Source of the DNA: Minutocellus sp. GHC0000111 | Taxonomy: Eukaryota | Direction: 5' to 3' | NCBI GenBank assembly: GCA_977018835.1 | Contig: OZ361256.1 | Location: 620,001-684,000 of the forward strand | DNA: 64,000 nt | In this document: piece after piece, positions 59,263 to 64,000 of the stretch | Position numbering within the stretch: position 1 is the first letter of the stretch | Layout: every line of letters starts with the position of its first letter | Program-made: the position numbers and the translations under genes | The notes under the pieces: generated by a model | The model's input: only the letters and a program-made list of their open reading frames with translations | Told to the model about the DNA's origin: nothing | The model's database searches: none

Positions 59263-61256
59263 ATGTGCAAGCGAGCGGCCGCTACTTCCGGTAGCAGTAG
59301 TAGCGCCGTGGACATTCCCGCCAACAATGCCAAACTAACTGGACAAGCGAGCGTGGGGTGGGGGCGCATGGCGGTCTTGGTGCCTTCCTTCGTCCGCTCT
59401 CTGGCCCAGCCTCCATTTACCAAGCGCAAGATTGCCATCCTCGTCCTTGTTGCGTCCGTCTTCCTGTCGACCGCATTCTTCGCATCGCTCTACAGATTCC
59501 ACGGTGGCTTTCGTCGGACCGTGCAGTTCTGGAAAGGTATGGGACCCCTGGTGGTGAAGTACAAGCTGCTGAAATTCAAGGCCACGAAATGGGACCAATT
59601 GGGCGAAGATGACCAAGAATACAAGCGACGGATCACGGCGTATCGTGAAAAGAGTGCCCCTCAGTTGGTCGATCTCATCCTCTCGCTCGGGGGGATATAC
59701 ACCAAGATTGCGCAGGTGATGAGCACAATTGGCCAGGGACTGCTTCCTGACGAATACATTGAGGCGTTGAGACCTTTGCAGGATGGTGTGCCGGCGCGGA
59801 ATTTCGACGAAATATCAACAATTATTGAAAGAAGCACGAAACAAAAAATGGGCGAACTGTTTGTTGAGTTTGATGAGAAACCTATTGGCGCAGCATCGAT
59901 CGGGCAGGCGCACAAAGCACGGCTTCGATCGAATGGTGAGACGGTGGTTGTCAAGGTTCAGTACCCAGAAGTAGCAGAGCTCTTTGAGGCAGATTTATCG
60001 AATCTCGAGATGGCCACCCGGCTGTTTGCTCCTGAGAACATGGAGGTGGCCAAGGCTCTTAGGAAGCGGCATGAAAATGAATTAGATTTTGAAATCGAAG
60101 CAATGAATCTGCGCCAGTGCACAGAGGACATGCAGGAATATGGCCTCGAGCCAAACCTTGTCCGTATCCCCAGAGTGTATCATGTCTACGGTCGAAATAT
60201 ATTGATAATGGAGTACCTAGCGAGGAACAGAACAGGGTTGCCAAAGCCTTGGGTAAAAAGGACGCCAGAGAGCTCAAGTCTGAGCTATCCAAAAGAATGA
60301 GGGAGCACATGGAGAATGGAGGAGGTGCTGGGTCGGGTGGTATGAAAATGCTCGGTGGAAAGCAGGCGAAGATGCTCAACATATTTGGCCCCGCTGCAAG
60401 TATGGTGCTTCGGTCTTATGCAGGTGCTCGCGATCGAGTGGAAGGCATTGGCCTTTCCCTAGGCATTGCAGCAGGGAGACTTCGTTCAGCAATGGCCGGT
60501 AAGGGGGGGTCTGATGACCTTATTTTACAAAGCCGGAAGACGACAAAGGTCAAGACCAAGATCAATCTAAGCAAGGCGATCAAAACACTTGTTCATGTCA
60601 GTGGCATCCAGCTCATGCTTGGTCGCTCGTACAATGCAGATCCGGTAAGTTTTTGTGGTATTCGGTCAGTTACGGGATATTGCCCGGCAAATACCGGTAT
60701 TGGCGGCGGTACTACATTTAGAGTAGTGGACTCGCCTCGACTGACTCTATCGCTCTCACTGGTTCCTCTCCTTTTGGATTGTACCCTCCTCAAACAGCAT
60801 CCAGGGAATGTTCTTATCTTACCGGACGGCAAGCTTGGCCTCTTGGATTACGGTATGGTAGGGAAGCTCTCTAAAAGTGACAGGCATGCTGTCGCAAGGA
60901 CCATTCTCGCACTCAGCAAGCGTGATAAAGCTGAAACGGCCAGAATATACACTGAGAATGGCTACAGGGCAGAATTCAAAGAAGGGACCACAGCTGACAC
61001 TGCTGTCCTACACAGGTTCGCGTCGTTTCATTTGGATCGCATTGATCTGTCGCCACTAACTCTCGACAGTGGAGAAACAGTGGACACGTTGGAGCTGTTG
61101 AGATCCACTCGGGAGAAAGCAGTGCCAAAATTTGTGGAAGAAGGCCGGAGACTCGGCGGACTTCTGATGGGGGTATCCACCCAGGCGGCTCGGCCGATAA
61201 GTCTCAGCAAAGAGTGGAAACCAATTGCCGAGCGAGTGTTGAAAGAGAAGAAGTGA
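59263..61256 (+). CDS. ABC1/UbiB atypical kinase; frameshift near 60220; intron ~60645-60798
   Basis: LGGIYTKIAQ, PIGAASIGQAH, VVVKVQYP, ELDF, MEYL, YNADP|HPGNVL, LLDYG. Confidence 0.9.
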
Positions 61257-61338
61257 AATTAATGTACATACTAACATAGAAATTTACGTTGTTGGCAACA
61301 AATGTGGCGGATTGGATTGATTCGCCTCCTGAAGACAG

Positions 61339-63039
61339 TTAGCTTTCTTCTTCGATAAGTGCCAGAAGGAACGGTTCCTTTTCTAGTACCGCTTCAATAT
61401 CCTCTTTAAAGTCATACCCGGCTCCGGGACGAAGATGATCCATCGTTTCATGAAAAAATACGTCACGTTGAATCAATTCTTCCTTCACGGCATTGTATTT
61501 TTCACAGGTAGCACGCTTTTGTTGGGACTTCCCCCACAACTTGGATCGTTCCAGTATCTCGGCGGTTCGAGGCAGCCTCATCTTTTCATATATAGTCATG
61601 GCATTTCCAAAATTAGCTATATTGAAAGAACCGCCGTTGCCATCATCTTCAAATTAAAGCTTTTCGAGGAGAGTGATGATTACTCCGGCGTCTTCTATTC
61701 CCATTTGTGCTCCTTGCCCTAGAAAGGGCACGGGCGGATCTATGATGTACCAATTGGCATTACAAGAAAAGTGAGGTGGAAGTGCCCATTAGAAGTCTGA
61801 TAATATGATGAGAGCAGGGGGTCCAAAGGCGGCGTTTCCAAATATGCATGGCACTCACGGGCTGCATCTCCAAGCAAGACAATCCTGCCTCTGGGGCCAT
61901 AAACAATTTTCTTCAGCTGTTTGTCCAAAAGACAGAATCCTATTCTCACGGCGACGCTGACGTGCTCTAAGGGTTCCAGATATTTTTCGTGCCATCCTTC
62001 TTTCTTCAAGCGTTCTGCTAGCTTGCCACATTCCTCTCTTCCCACTTCTTGGCTGAGCGTTCCCCAATTGCCTTCATCTGCGTCCTGAGCGGCGACCGGG
62101 AAATGAAATTGAAAACAAAACTCATGGTCGCCGGTAGGGAAAAAGGCGCCGTGGCAGTGTGAGGTACTTGAAGACGGGAGAGAAATCCCTCGTGACTGTG
62201 ACTTGGTATCTGATCCTATTCCCATTAGGCATGTTGTGCCAGTGTACTGGAGTTTGGCACCGCAATCAGTGACGGAATTGCGAACGGCTGATTTGGATCC
62301 ATCTGCGCCAAATACAACATGAGCTGTGCGTTTGGTCCCGTCCTCAAAGATAATCTCAACAGTGCCATCCGGTTGGGACGATACAGATTTTGTTCTCTTT
62401 GCAAAATGGATTGGTATATCAGCTCTGCGGGCTGCATCGTGGAGGACTCTTTGTAGCCTCCATCGGCGAATGCCAATGGTTTGCAGACTGTCGTCTCGAT
62501 CGCTCAGTACATTCTCTTCGGCGACCGCCACCTCAGTTCCATCGTGGCGTTCCCATCGACGGTATTTGTAGGGATATCCAGCCTCTTGGACCTCGCGAAA
62601 GAGCTGGGGCGATATGTCACGGAGCACTCTCAAACCATTGGGATACATGCCCATTCCTTTAGTCGATAATGATCAGCCGATGAGTGTTGAGAGGTTTGTG
62701 GAAAAGGGAAGTCAATGCGTGATAGGATATTAGTAGAAAGAAGACGACATCACCATAGTGCAATCAGTCAATTAGTGTTGAAAGGTTTGAAAGAGGGCAT
62801 TAATAGTCAATGGGTGATAGGGTGGAAAGGAGACATCAAAGTAGATAGGAATCCTCATAAAAAAGATCCCGGCATGATGGCTTACCTGCTCCAACATCGA
62901 CAAATCCGTCGCATGCTTCGAACACGTCGGCTGTGAGGCCGAGGCGCTCCTTGAGCCCAATGGCCAGGATGAGCCCTACGATGCCGCCGCCGCATATTGC
63001 TAGCTGAAGCGTATCGGGTGGAGGATCTTGAGATACCAT
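61339..63039 (-). CDS. FAD-dependent monooxygenase (salicylate hydroxylase/zeaxanthin epoxidase-like), spliced
   Basis: ICGGGIVG, GADGSKSAVR, VLLGDAA, and after an intron GQGAQMGIEDAG. Confidence 0.9.
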
Positions 63040-63197
63040 GATTGTCTGGTTGTGAGAGAGGTGGAGTTGATGGCGGTTCTTTTTCTCTAAAAGGCACTCC
63101 ATCCCATTCTCCGTCTTTCCTTCGTTCATCCATTCATTGATGGACTTGTTCGAATGAATCGGAATCGCAATCGCCACCCATCACACTCCAAGCAAGC

Positions 63198-64000
63198 ATG
63201 GGCAAGAAGAAGTCCAAGACGGCCAAGAAGAAGCAGGCCAAGGCGGCATCACGTGCGAAGCAGGCCAAGGCCAAGACGACGGCGTTCGGCGTGTCCGTCG
63301 TCAAGGGGTCCAAAGGACGTGGTGGTGGTGCAGGAGGCGGTGGGCATGGGGGCAATGACCACGCTGCTTCGTCCGTGGGACACAATATGAATATGAAGGG
63401 CGGCGGCAGTGGTCGTAGCAACGCATCGTCATCTGCACATCATAACATGCAACATGATACGACGAGACGAGTCGTCTCCAGGGACGACGAGCGGAATGAC
63501 TTTGATCGGCAGCATGCCTCCCTCCAAGAACGTGCCGAGGCTCGGCAGCGGCAGCAAAAGGCGGGTGGGAAGAAACACGGAAATCGGAAGCACCAACAAC
63601 AGCAACAGCAACAGCCCCAATCGTCGTCTCTTTTCGCCAATCTGGCCCAGTCCTCCATCCAGCTCGGCCCGGCGACGGTCGGTGAGATGGTCGACGATGC
63701 AGCTGATCGGGTAGCGGCGGGTATGACCGCGATCGGTGCCGCCCTCAGTCCAGTCGGTGGCACGGCGGGACGGCCGGCCGCACCGCCCAACACTCCCAGT
63801 AGTACTGGTGGTGTTGGTGGTAGCGCCAACATGCTGCAAGTTTTGGCGGCGCAAAAGAGGCAGGAATGGTCGGCACAAAAATACATGTTACAGCCGGAGA
63901 GCAAAGCCAAGGACGATCAGATGGGAGACAATCGATTTGCCGGTTTGGACAATGGGGACAGTGATTCTGATGACAATGGATGGGGAGCTGATGGTGATCA
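63198..64000 (+). CDS. Hypothetical protein, runs off the window end
   Basis: Open frame from the ATG at 63198 (MGKKKSK...) to the window end. Confidence 0.55.
   Translation, partial: MGKKKSKTAKKKQAKAASRAKQAKAKTTAFGVSVVKGSKGRGGGAGGGGHGGNDHAASSVGHNMNMKGGGSGRSNASSSAHHNMQHDTTRRVVSRDDERNDFDRQHASLQERAEARQRQQKAGGKKHGNRKHQQQQQQQPQSSSLFANLAQSSIQLGPATVGEMVDDAADRVAAGMTAIGAALSPVGGTAGRPAAPPNTPSSTGGVGGSANMLQVLAAQKRQEWSAQKYMLQPESKAKDDQMGDNRFAGLDNGDSDSDDNGWGADGD

Noticed and set aside
1..64000. tRNA or rRNA genes, prokaryotic operons or defence systems
   Set aside because: None recognised; genes carry spliceosomal introns and eukaryotic domains

Overview
Eukaryotic, intron-containing DNA (GT-AG introns; a plastid-type 'ADAFV' signal; a copia element like those of diatoms), most consistent with a diatom or other stramenopile nuclear genome. 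The left ~14 kb is accessory: a spliced Ser/Thr kinase, a young but internally deleted Ty1/copia element, and a frameshifted DD39D mariner-type transposase. The copia element has two 504-bp LTRs with one mismatch seen, a GTACC target-site duplication and non-canonical AG...CT termini. The rest is gene-dense (HSF factor, ankyrin-RING, RING-UIM, TAM41, a PWWP-like protein with 7 internal repeats, C2H2/PHD protein, DEP-flavoprotein reductase fusion, hydrolase, BRCT, F-box, ABC1 kinase, FAD monooxygenase), with a MITE and two blocks of one satellite family. The most striking signal is an apparent repeat-restricted TpA->TpG/CpA hypermutation. Older repeats almost lack TA except in TAG/CTA context, the satellite alternates GCAC/GTGC, and the transposase has Cys/His where aromatic residues are expected, while the young LTR element and ordinary intergenic DNA are TA-rich. 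This suggests a RIP-like genome-defence process acting on adenine; it is an inference and needs alignment tests. Splice sites and counts were read by eye.
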